Shown here: positions 8,722 to 17,646 of the stretch, in pieces
How positions within the stretch are numbered: position 1 is the first letter of the stretch
Layout of the letters: each line of letters begins with the position of its first letter
From: an uncultured delta proteobacterium
Lineage (GTDB): Bacteria > Myxococcota > Myxococcia > Myxococcales > Myxococcaceae
Direction: 5' to 3'
DNA: 64,000 bases
NCBI GenBank assembly: GCA_963796055.1
Contig: CAWCKH010000003.1
Span: forward strand, 544,001-608,000
Notes under the pieces: model-generated
Database searches by the model: none
Told to the model about the DNA's origin: nothing
Seen by the model: only the letters and a program-made list of their open reading frames with translations
Position numbers and translations under genes: made by a program

Positions 8722-11448
8722 TTACTCCGCCCGGTCGATCAACACGACGTCCGAGTCCTCCTGAACCCGTTCGAAGACGACCGCAGTACCGTCGGGGGAG
8801 ACGTCGAAGTCACCGATGACGATGTCCCGACTGAAGTTCGTCAACTGGCGCCAGTTCCCGGTCGTGAGCTCCATTGCCCAGAGATCCTTGTGTTGGATGT
8901 CTCCGCGCAAGACAACCAACGTCCGTTGTCCCGGAATGAATCGCAGCCGTCTCGCGCCGACTTGACTGATCCCCAGCGCCCCGCCGCGACTCAAGTTCAG
9001 CTCAGGAAACGTGTACGGCTGACCGGAAGCAGTGACCGCCTTGACTGTGAACGTCGTTCCGGGGTCTACGCCCGAGTAGACCAGGAACTCTCCTCGCGGC
9101 CCCCACGCTGGATCGAGCGCGTAGTCATCCAGGATCCGAACGGTCTCGCGGCTGTTCAGCGAGATTCGGAAGAGGCGCGGGCTCCCTGCCTGATTCGCCG
9201 CAACGACGATCGACTGGCCATCCGGCGACCACACGGGTGCACCGCGCAATTCCATCGTATCTGCGACGGTTCGGACGTTCCTCCCATCCGAAGTCATGAC
9301 GATGAGCCGCGTCTTGGCTCGGTCTTCGATCGAGAAGGCGATCCGGCCTCCCTCCGGCGCGATCGAAGGCCCGCCGATGATTCGCACCTTTTGAGCGGTC
9401 CAGACCTCGGACGCTCGCCCATCGACGAGCTTCCAGATGCGATCGGTCGTAGCGTCGGACGAAACGTACAGAAGATAGTCTGCCGCGAGCATTGGCGAAC
9501 GACCCTGTGCTGTGGGCAGCGGAATTCTTTGGGCGTCCGACGTGTCCGCTGGCCGTCCAGAAATCGGCACGCGCCACAGGGACGATCTGATCTGCGTTGC
9601 CGTTGCAACGAGCCGGCGACCGTCGCCGGTGGCGGCCAGCGACGTCCAACGCTGGACGCCAGTGCTGAGCCGGTGCGGTACTCGCCGCTCGACATCGAGG
9701 CCGTAGATCCACGGTCCCGAGCCGCCGGAGCCGGTGGCGAGATACAGCAGCGTCGAACGATCCAGGAACGTCGGATAGCTCACCCGCGAGTTGTGGAAGG
9801 TGATGCGTTCTGGCGTTCCGCCGCCTGGGCGGATCCTCCAGACATCCATCTCATTGGGTGGATACCCCTGCACGAAGTAGATGAACGACTCGTCCGGCGA
9901 CCAGGTAGGAAAGTGGGAGTGCTTCGGAGCGCGAGCGTCGTAAAGCGGCTTGGCTGCGGCACCCTCGGGCTTCACGAACATCGGGTCGCCGGCCGCTGCC
10001 GTGTGATAGACGAGGCGCCGTCCATCGGGTGACCAGCCGAGTTCGGGCACATCTTCGAGGGCGACGCGTGGCTCGCCGCCGTCTGTCGGCACGACCCAGG
10101 TGCTGATGATGTTCCTGTTCAACGTGTCCGAAGCGCCGACCCAGAAATAGAGGCGAGCCCCGTCAGGCGAGAACTCAATCGTTCGAATCTCGCGGTTGAC
10201 GAGCTGCTCCGGAACGTGGCCTCGGGTCAGATTGCGGAAAGTGCCGGCTCCGATCTGAGTGACGAAGATTCCAACCGGTCCGTCGCGGGACGCCAGAAAA
10301 GCCACGAACTTCCCGTCGCGGGAGACCGCAGCCGAGTGGGCGGCTCCTTCGAAATCGGTGAGACGCTGGTATCGTGCATTGGCCAAGGGGCTACGCCAGA
10401 AGTAATCCGCCTTCTCGAGCCGCATGACGCCGACGGCAGCCAACGCAAGCAATGCACTCACCAGCATCAGTGCCGTCACGACGCCCGGAGTCACGCGGCG
10501 CCTCGTCCGGGGCGGGGGAGCTTCTGCGAGCGCGGCCACCAGCCCGGCCGCGTCGGGGTACCGCGCCTCGGGAGCGCGGCAAAGCGTGCGGCCCAGGACC
10601 TTCTGGGCGCGAACTGAAATTCCGGCTGGGATGGGCACCCGCTCCGCTTCGGCCGCCAGCTTCTCCGGGAGGCGCCCGACGAGCATCTGGTAAAGAATCA
10701 CGCCCACCGCCCAGATGTCGGCGCGCGCGTCGGCGCTCACGGCCTCAGCCTGTTCGGGGGCCATGGTCGCCGGAGTACCGCCGGCGACGCGAGTCAAGCG
10801 GCCCGGCACTTCCTCATCCCAGTCGAGGCCGGCCAGACCGAAATCGAGGACCTTGACCCGCCCGTCTCTCAGCACGATGACGTTCTGTGACTTGAGATCG
10901 AGGTGCAGTACCCCCAACGAGTGCGCGTATGCCAAGGCCTGCGCAACCTCGGTGGCAATCCGCCAAGCGCGGTCTTCACTCAGCGGCCCGTGTGCAAGGT
11001 TCGTCTGTAGTGAGTGCCCGTCGAGCAGCTCGAGGACGAGGAAGGGAGCGTCATTCCACACTCCCCAATCGTAGGCAGTCACGATGTGGGGATGGTTCAG
11101 GCGGGCAGTGGCTCTCGCCTCGCGATAGAAGAGCTCCAGCTCCGTGTCGTTCAGACGCCGGCGGCGCTTGAGAAGCTTGATCGCCACCGAGCGGGAGAGC
11201 ACGCGATCCCGCGCCTCGAACACCCGAGCGAAGCCACCCCGACCGATCTCTCGCACCACTTCGAAGCGACCGGCCACCGTCACGCCCGGCCCGAGTTCCT
11301 CGGTCGGCGAGATGTCCTCGACGGGAGCACGGGCCACCTGGCGAAGAAGGGATTCGAAGGCGGAGGGCTGCGGCTCTTCCTGGAGGTCAGTCTCCAGGAG
11401 CGTCGTTTCGCCCCGGAGATCGACCTTCTCGTCGCCAACCGGACTCAT
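8722..11448 (-). CDS. Ser/Thr kinase + TM + TolB-like (PD40) beta-propeller
   Basis: IGRGGFARV, VAIKLL, HLDLKSQN, DFGLA and MAPEQ; TM helix; repeated FSPDG/WSPDG; start placed at ATG 11448. Confidence 0.9.
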   Translation of the reverse strand: MSPVGDEKVDLRGETTLLETDLQEEPQPSAFESLLRQVARAPVEDISPTEELGPGVTVAGRFEVVREIGRGGFARVFEARDRVLSRSVAIKLLKRRRRLNDTELELFYREARATARLNHPHIVTAYDWGVWNDAPFLVLELLDGHSLQTNLAHGPLSEDRAWRIATEVAQALAYAHSLGVLHLDLKSQNVIVLRDGRVKVLDFGLAGLDWDEEVPGRLTRVAGGTPATMAPEQAEAVSADARADIWAVGVILYQMLVGRLPEKLAAEAERVPIPAGISVRAQKVLGRTLCRAPEARYPDAAGLVAALAEAPPPRTRRRVTPGVVTALMLVSALLALAAVGVMRLEKADYFWRSPLANARYQRLTDFEGAAHSAAVSRDGKFVAFLASRDGPVGIFVTQIGAGTFRNLTRGHVPEQLVNREIRTIEFSPDGARLYFWVGASDTLNRNIISTWVVPTDGGEPRVALEDVPELGWSPDGRRLVYHTAAAGDPMFVKPEGAAAKPLYDARAPKHSHFPTWSPDESFIYFVQGYPPNEMDVWRIRPGGGTPERITFHNSRVSYPTFLDRSTLLYLATGSGGSGPWIYGLDVERRVPHRLSTGVQRWTSLAATGDGRRLVATATQIRSSLWRVPISGRPADTSDAQRIPLPTAQGRSPMLAADYLLYVSSDATTDRIWKLVDGRASEVWTAQKVRIIGGPSIAPEGGRIAFSIEDRAKTRLIVMTSDGRNVRTVADTMELRGAPVWSPDGQSIVVAANQAGSPRLFRISLNSRETVRILDDYALDPAWGPRGEFLVYSGVDPGTTFTVKAVTASGQPYTFPELNLSRGGALGISQVGARRLRFIPGQRTLVVLRGDIQHKDLWAMELTTGNWRQLTNFSRDIVIGDFDVSPDGTAVVFERVQEDSDVVLIDRAE

Positions 11449-11562
11449 GGGAGCACGCCTCGACACCTCCCAGGTGCCGCCGGGCGGAATATCCCACCAG
11501 TCATCGTCGCACGGTAGACGGGCTCGAAGACCGTCCAGGTTGGGCACTGCTGGGGTGGCTCG

Positions 11563-12144
11563 GTGGAAGCCGTTGAGGTGGAGATTGCACGTCTGCTCGA
11601 GGCGAGAGACCTCCCCGCGGCCGCTGCGGCGATCGTCCGGCGGTACGGACCGGCGATCCTTGGGTATCTGGCAGCCCTTGCTCGCGATGCGGATCGAGCC
11701 GATGACGTGTTCGCTCAATTTTGCGAGGACCTGTGGTCTGGTTTGCCTGCCTTTCGCCGAGACGCCTCGGTACGGACGTGGGTTTACACGCTGGCCTGGC
11801 ATGCGTGGCTCCGGAACGAGCGCGACGCCTATCGGCGCCGCGGCCGCCCGCTCGCCACCGAAGAGATGTCCCGCCTCGCCGCGGAGGTTCGATCGACGAC
11901 CGCGTTGTACCTGAAATCCGAAGCGAAGGACGCGATCGCACGCCTGCGTGAGCAACTGACGCCCGCCGAGCAATCCCTCCTCGTTCTGCGGATCGATCGT
12001 GGCCTGTCATGGCCGGAGGTGGCATCGGTGATGTCCACCCCAGAAGAGCATCTCGATCCTCAGACCGTCGCGAAACGCTTTCAACGCGTGAAGGCCAGGC
12101 TCCGGAAGCTTGCCGAGGCTGCAGGGCTCCTGGAGCGGCCGTAG
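11563..12144 (+). CDS. ECF RNA polymerase sigma factor
   Basis: Region 2 (ADDVFAQFCEDLWSGLPAFRRDASVRTWVYTLA) and region 4 (LTPAEQSLLVLRIDRGLSWPEVASVM). Confidence 0.88.
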   Translation: MEAVEVEIARLLEARDLPAAAAAIVRRYGPAILGYLAALARDADRADDVFAQFCEDLWSGLPAFRRDASVRTWVYTLAWHAWLRNERDAYRRRGRPLATEEMSRLAAEVRSTTALYLKSEAKDAIARLREQLTPAEQSLLVLRIDRGLSWPEVASVMSTPEEHLDPQTVAKRFQRVKARLRKLAEAAGLLERP

Positions 12145-12284
12145 GCAAAGCACTCTGCCGTTGGTGCGGGGTCCGACAAGGCGTCGGGCTCCACCAGGGT
12201 AGAGACCGAATCATCCGATCTTGACATTCGTGAGCGTCAAACTCGCCGCGACCGGTCTCTGCCACCGAGAGCGGAGGAACTGAC

Positions 12285-13703
12285 ATGGAACGCACGGAGC
12301 GAAGAGCGGCGAACACGAGCCGGACGATCAGACCAATCTTGATCATCGCTGCGGCCCTCATGCTTGCCCGCTGTGGCGGCGAGACCGGGAGCGATGGGAG
12401 CGCCGCCCCATTCGTCGGTACAGCCGATGAAAGACTCGGGCTGAAAGCCCACGACAGGGACCGCGTTCGATCGGTACGCAGGTTCGGGGCCGAGGTGCCG
12501 GTGGCCTACTATGATCTGTCCTTCAAACTGTCGAAGCGCACCGGAGGGATCACCCCGCCCGTTCAAGCACGGATCTTCGCCTACATGGGCCTGGCCTTGT
12601 ACGAGTCGCTCATCGGGGGAATGCCGCACCATCAGTCGATTGCCAGTCACCTGAACGGCATTGGCCAGCTTCCCAAGCCGCACGGGAACTATCACTGGCC
12701 GCTCGTTGCCAGCGCCGCGATGGCCGAGGTGATGCGCGGGCTGTGGGGCGATGCCACCAACGTCGCAGCGCAGAACATCGCCGACATCGACACCCTCGAA
12801 GCTCAGTTCGCGGCGGCGGCGACCGACGTCCATGGATCCTTGGCGCGACGCTCGATCGACTTCGGTCACGCCGTCGGAGCGGCGATCTTCGAGACCTCGA
12901 AGGATGACGGAGAACATCGGAGTTACCTGACCAACTTCCCGACGAGCTACGTGCCCCCGGTCGGTCCGGGGCTCTGGGTGCCTCTTCCGGGCCAGACGGC
13001 GCTCCAGCCCTTCTGGCGGGATCAAATGACCCCGTTCGTGAGCGCCGGGGCTGCCTGTGATCCAGGACCGCCGCCGGCCTACTCGGAGACGCCGGGCTCG
13101 ACCTTCTACGACGAGGCCTTCGAGGTGTACGACGTCTCTACGCATCTGACCGCCGAGCAGCTGACCATCGCGCGGTTCTGGGCCGACGGGCCGGGGACAA
13201 TCAACGGTCCGGGCCACTCGCTGTCGACGGCGAGCCAGGTTCTCGTCCTGGTGGGCGCAAATCTGGGGGAGGCTGCCGAGACATTCGCCCGTGTCGGCCT
13301 TGCCGACGCCGATGCTGTCCTCACCTGCTGGTTCTCCAAGTACGAGTACAACCTGATCCGCCCGATCACCTACATCCGCAAGGTCATTGATCCAGCATAC
13401 GGCACGCTGCTGCCCACGCCGCCGTTTCCGGAGTACACCTCAGCGCACTCGGTCCAGACCGCTGCCGCGCTGACCACGCTCCAGGCCTTGTTCGGCGACA
13501 TCGGGTACACCGACCATACCCATGACCTCGATGGGTTCGCGCCGCGTACCTTCGCCAGCCTCTCGGACTCGATGCTCGAGACCGGGCTTTCTCGCCTCTA
13601 CGGCGGCATCCACTACCACGCGGCGATCTTCAACGGGTTTGCCCAAGGGCGCTGTGTCTCGGCAAAGGTGAACGCGCTGCCCTGGAGGAAGCAGGACGAC
13701 TAG
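12285..13703 (+). CDS. Vanadium-dependent haloperoxidase-like / PAP2-superfamily secreted enzyme
   Basis: WFSKYEYNLIRP, TPPFPEYTSAHS and SRLYGGIHY vanadate/phosphate-binding motifs; N-terminal signal ending LARC; GGAGGA RBS. Confidence 0.85.
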   Translation: MERTERRAANTSRTIRPILIIAAALMLARCGGETGSDGSAAPFVGTADERLGLKAHDRDRVRSVRRFGAEVPVAYYDLSFKLSKRTGGITPPVQARIFAYMGLALYESLIGGMPHHQSIASHLNGIGQLPKPHGNYHWPLVASAAMAEVMRGLWGDATNVAAQNIADIDTLEAQFAAAATDVHGSLARRSIDFGHAVGAAIFETSKDDGEHRSYLTNFPTSYVPPVGPGLWVPLPGQTALQPFWRDQMTPFVSAGAACDPGPPPAYSETPGSTFYDEAFEVYDVSTHLTAEQLTIARFWADGPGTINGPGHSLSTASQVLVLVGANLGEAAETFARVGLADADAVLTCWFSKYEYNLIRPITYIRKVIDPAYGTLLPTPPFPEYTSAHSVQTAAALTTLQALFGDIGYTDHTHDLDGFAPRTFASLSDSMLETGLSRLYGGIHYHAAIFNGFAQGRCVSAKVNALPWRKQDD

Positions 13704-13949
13704 TGAGTGTCGAGGACATTGCCGCCTAGAGAGCCGGAGCAGAAAGCATCAACCCTCGGGGGCAGCGTTCGCGCAAACGGTGGTGCGATGAATCCGGGCC
13801 GGTCAACCTGTCGGAGGGCCGAAAACGTCTCCCGCAATCGATTGCGGGAACGCGTTCTTACGGCTCGAAATGGCTCCCGAATCCGCTCGAAAATACACTC
13901 CGAAACACGCTCTCGGATCGGGGCGTATTTCCGGGCCAGTTCTGGGGCG

Positions 13950-14190
13950 CCACCTCGCGGAGCAGGTAATCCGGAGCAAGGTGGCCGTAGACGTTCGCCG
14001 TGAGCCGCGGAGCGCGGTGGCGGAGCATCCGCTGGACGACGTGGACCGGTACCCCGGCCTGCATCAGCAGCGAGGCCGCAGTGTGGCGGAGGTCGTGGAA
14101 GCGGATTGGCCGGACGCGCGGCTTGGGCCAGAGCAAGACCCCGTGCTCCGGGGAGCGTCGGATGGCGTCGTCCGGTGCTTCCGACTGGCT
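13950..14190 (-). pseudogene. Tyrosine integrase C-terminal remnant 2
   Basis: LWPKPRVRPIRFHDLRHTAASLLMQAGVPV-LRHRAPRLTANVYGHL; the upstream EAPDDAIRR/PEHGVLLWPK segment is out of frame. Confidence 0.85.
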
Positions 14191-14220
14191 GGGCTCCTCG
14201 AGGAGGGTTGCGCCCTACGC

Positions 14221-14242
14221 GTACGAAATGTACATTACGTAC
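14221..14242. promoter_or_regulatory. Palindromic TA operator candidate
   Basis: GTACG-A-AATGTACATT-A-CGTAC, 13 nt upstream of the antitoxin ATG; TGTACA core. Confidence 0.65.
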
Positions 14243-14255
14243 AGAAGGGTTCTCC

Positions 14256-14525
14256 ATGCTCAACCAGTCGCCCCGGCACGCCTCCGTCTCGGCAACCGAA
14301 CTCCGCGAGAACATCTCCGAGCACATCGGACGCGTTCGCCACGGTCGGGAACGACTGGTCATTGAGAAGAACAGCAAGCCAGCGGCCGCGCTGATCTCCT
14401 ACAAGGACCTGGAGCTCCTAGAGGCCTTGGAGGACCGTCTGGATGTGCTTCTCGCGGAGAAGGCCCTCGCCGAGAAGGGCGCACGGGTGAGCCTCGAGGA
14501 GGCTGAGAAGCTCCTGGGCCTGTGA
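14256..14525 (+). CDS. Phd/YefM family antitoxin
   Basis: VSATELRENISEHIGRVRHGRERLVIEKNSKPAAALIS plus acidic tail. Confidence 0.9.
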   Translation: MLNQSPRHASVSATELRENISEHIGRVRHGRERLVIEKNSKPAAALISYKDLELLEALEDRLDVLLAEKALAEKGARVSLEEAEKLLGL

Positions 14526-14869
14526 GCAAGCGCAAGGGGAAGAAGGGCAAGCCAGGGCCGTCCCGGGCTCAACCGAAGCCGCGGACGTACACGGTCGAGC
14601 TCGACCGCAAGCACGCGCTCGAGCCCATTGCCGCCGTCTCCGAGCCCGGGCTCAAGGCACGCATCTTCGCGGCCGTCCGGGCGCTCGCGACCGATCCCCG
14701 CCCGCCCGGCTGCAAGAAGCTCAGCGGGACGCGAACGACGTTCTGGCGCATCCGCGTTGGCGATTGGCGCCTGGTCTACACGGTCGACGACGCGAGGCTG
14801 TACGTACTCGTCGTCAGGGCCGGGGACCGGAAGGAGATCTACCGGCTCCTGGCCGACCTCCTGAGATGA
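14522..14869 (+). CDS. RelE/ParE family toxin
   Basis: [41 protein letters not shown]; GTGA overlap with the antitoxin. Confidence 0.9.
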   Translation: [115 protein letters not shown]

Positions 14870-15039
14870 ATGCGGGCGGCCCTCGGAGTGGGAAAGGGCG
14901 GCTCGCGGTCGATTCGTTGCGATCGCATGCAGCAAGGATGCAGCAAACGACTTGAATCGGCTGCGATCACTGCGACGGCTGGATGTCCTCAGTCGTCCCC
15001 CTCCCCTCTCAAGCCCTTGATTCCGCGAGAGATTGGCAC

Positions 15040-15200
15040 TGGAGCTCCGCCACCGTACCGCCGCCGTCCCGCGGCGGGAGCGCCTCGAGGCCTGCGAGCT
15101 GGCGCCGGGCGTGGCGCTCGAGCTCCTCGGCCAAGCGCTGGGCCGTGGCTTTCGTGTTCGGCGAGGCGGCGGTGTAGCGCCAGTGGCACACCGAGGTCAG
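15040..15200 (-). pseudogene. Tyrosine integrase N-terminal remnant
   Basis: WRYTAASPNTKATAQRLAEELERHARRQLAGLEALPPRDGGGTVAEL resembles, from recall, the N-terminus of myxobacterial phage-type integrases. Confidence 0.6.
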
Positions 15201-15375
15201 TGGTCCGAGCATGAAGCGGAACGCTACGCGAAGGAGCGCGGCCTGTCGGCGGCCAAAAGCGAAGGGACATCTTAGTCCTGCGGCGGACGCCACTCTCGCG
15301 CGCCACGTCGACGCGAGCGGCAACGCAGCGCGCGCGCTCGGCTACCCTTGCATGCGGCCAATCCGTGCGCTATAC

Positions 15376-15395
15376 ACTGAACCGTATGGTTCAGT
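15376..15395. promoter_or_regulatory. ArsR-type autoregulatory operator overlapping the start codon
   Basis: Perfect inverted repeat ACTGAACC-GTAT-GGTTCAGT spanning ATG 15386. Confidence 0.7.
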
Positions 15396-15751
15396 ATGCA
15401 AAGGCCCACCTCGATGCCTCTTTCGCCGCGCTCTCGGACGCCACCCGACGCGGCGTTCTGGAGCAGCTGGGGCGTGCAGACGCTTCGATCACGGACCTCG
15501 CCGAGAAGTTCCACATGACCCTCACGGGCATGAAGAAGCACGTCGGCGTCTTGGAGCAGGCGGGGCTCGTCACCACGGAGAAGGTGGGGCGCGTGCGGAC
15601 CTGCAAGCTCGGCCTGCGCCGACTGGAGGAAGAGGTGGCATGGATCGAGAGGTACCGCCAGCTCTGGGACGCACGCTTCGACGAGTTGGACAAGGTTGTC
15701 GAGGAACTGAAACGGAAGGAGAAGGTCGATGGACGCACGAGGAGAGAGTGA
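15386..15751 (+). CDS. ArsR/SmtB family transcriptional regulator
   Basis: LDASFAALSDATRRGVLEQL, KKHVGVLEQAGLV and KVGRVRTC. Confidence 0.92.
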   Translation: MVQYAKAHLDASFAALSDATRRGVLEQLGRADASITDLAEKFHMTLTGMKKHVGVLEQAGLVTTEKVGRVRTCKLGLRRLEEEVAWIERYRQLWDARFDELDKVVEELKRKEKVDGRTRRE

Positions 15752-16250
15752 GCCCACCCCCATGAAGAACCGCACGACGGTGGAACGGAAGTCCGAGCGT
15801 GAGCTAGTCATCGCGCGAACCTTCAACGGCCCGGCGCGCATCGTGTTCGAGGCGTGGACCAAGCCCGAGCTGCTCAAACGGTGGTGGGCACCAAAGTCGA
15901 CTGGCGTGTCCCTGCTTTCCTGCGAGGCGGATGTTCGTGTCGGGGGCAGGTACCGTTTCGTGTTCGGCCACGATGCCTCAAAAACTATGGAGTTCTACGG
16001 TAGGTACATCGAAGTGACACCGCACTCGCGCCTCGTCTGGACCAACGAGGAAGGTGATGACGGTGGGGCCGTCACCACGGTGACCTTCGAGGAAAAAGGT
16101 GGCAAGACGCTGCTGGTCATGCACGACCTGTATCCCTCGAAGGAAGCTCTCGACGGTGCCATCGCCGGGATGGAGGGTGGGATGCACGAGACGTTCGAGC
16201 AACTGGATGAGCTTCTCGTCACCCTGAGCGCGAGCGTGGGACGGTCTTGA
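15729..16250 (+). CDS. SRPBCC / AHSA1 (activator of Hsp90 ATPase homolog 1-like) protein
   Basis: SERELVIARTFNGPARIVFEAWTKPELLKRWW and CEADVRVGGRYR. Confidence 0.92.
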   Translation: MDARGESEPTPMKNRTTVERKSERELVIARTFNGPARIVFEAWTKPELLKRWWAPKSTGVSLLSCEADVRVGGRYRFVFGHDASKTMEFYGRYIEVTPHSRLVWTNEEGDDGGAVTTVTFEEKGGKTLLVMHDLYPSKEALDGAIAGMEGGMHETFEQLDELLVTLSASVGRS

Positions 16251-16267
16251 AGTCGTCGATCTCGTGG

Positions 16268-17548
16268 TCAGGCCGCCTGACCTTCGCGCTCAACGTGACG
16301 CTCGACGGGTGCTGCGACTATCGCGAGATGATCGTGGACGACGAGGGGCTCGACCACCTCCATCTCTCCGACGAGATCCCGCGAGTGCAGGAGGTGGCGG
16401 AGAAGCTCCCCGTCCTCGAACAGCTTGGCGATGGCGTACTCGACGGCAGCGTCGCCCTGCATGTCGGACGCCAGACGAAGGGCGACCAGCCGCTCCATGA
16501 GCGGAGCAGGGGCCACGATGAAGCCCATCCGTAGCCCGGGGGCCAGAATCTTGGAGAGCGACCCGAGGTACAGGACGTTTGCGCCATCTGGGTCGGCGGC
16601 GATGGGCGGCTCGGGACGACCCTCGTAGTGGAACTCGTGATCGTAGTCGTCTTCGATGATCGCAAAGCCATGGTCGATCGAGAGCGCTGCCAACCGCTTC
16701 CTTCGAGCAACGGTCATGACCGTGTTGGTTGGAAACTGATGATGCGGGGTGACGTAGACCGCCCTGACCTTGTGCGTCTTCAGAAGCGAAACCAGGGCCT
16801 CGACCTCGAGGCCCTCGTCGTCAACCGGGAGCGGCTTCATCTCCGCGCCGGCCAGCCGGAGCGCGGTCCAGGTCCCCGGATTGCCCAAGGCCTCCACGCC
16901 GACCACGTCCCCCGGTGAGAGCAGGGCGCGAGCGACCAGATCGATCGCCTGCTGGCTCCCCCGGGTCACCATGATGTCTTCCGGCGCGACGGAGAGCCCG
17001 CGGCTGTAGGAGAGCATGGTCGAGAGTCCACGGCGGAGATCCTCGTGACCGCGAGGGTCGCCATAGTTGAGGAGACTCCGGCCATGGCGGCGGAGGCCAT
17101 CCCGGAAAGCGCGGGCAAGCGCCGAGGTCGGGAAAAACGATCGCACGTCGGGCGCCGCCCGATAGAGGATCAGCGCGGTTCGCGGATCGGGTGGGAAGAT
17201 CAAAGGCAACGGCCGAGGCGGGGGCGGGACCGAGTAGGTCCTGGCTCGCGACGCCGGTGCGGCCCTGTCCAGCTCCTGCAAGGTCGACAGGGCCTCCTTG
17301 GCGACGAAGGTTCCACCGCCCCGTCGCGCCTGCACGAGCCCCTGGGCCATGAGCTCCTTGTAGCCGGCGATGATCGTATTGCGGTGCACCCTGAGCCGAG
17401 TGGCGAGGGCGCGCGTCCCCGGCAGGGGGTCCCCGGGCTTGAGGCGGCCGGTCCGGATGTCATTGGCGAGCGCTTCCGAGAGCTGCACGAACATCGGTGA
17501 GCCGCGGCGCGGATCGAGCGCAGCCGTGAGCAGCTCCCAGTTGAGCAT
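16268..17548 (-). pseudogene. MocR/GabR family PLP-dependent regulator, C-terminally truncated near 16390
   Basis: GntR wHTH (LPGTRALATRLRVHRNTI); YVTPHHQFPT, IIEDDYDHEF and GSLSKILAPGLRMG; homology ends at GELLRHL, roughly 100 aa short of a typical MocR. Confidence 0.8.
16271..16360 (+). pseudogene. N-terminal fragment of a RibD-C/dihydrofolate-reductase-like protein
   Basis: GRLTFALNVTLDGCCDYREMIVDDE, after which similarity is lost. Confidence 0.6.
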
Positions 17549-17646
17549 CGAGGGAATCGTACCGGTCCAGTCGAAATCGCAGAAGGGGATCTTCAGAGGG
17601 ATCCGATGGTCGGTATCCACTCGTGGGCTCTTCCGAAGGAGGACCC

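Noticed and set aside
11449..11973. N-terminal extension of the 1083-aa kinase ORF
   Set aside because: It is the antisense of the ECF sigma gene; the start was moved to 11448
12221..12240. TTGAC-N10-GTCAA as an FNR box or sigma-70 promoter
   Set aside because: FNR needs a 4-nt spacer, and no -10 element lies at the right distance from TTGACA; it may still be an operator, but this is unsupported
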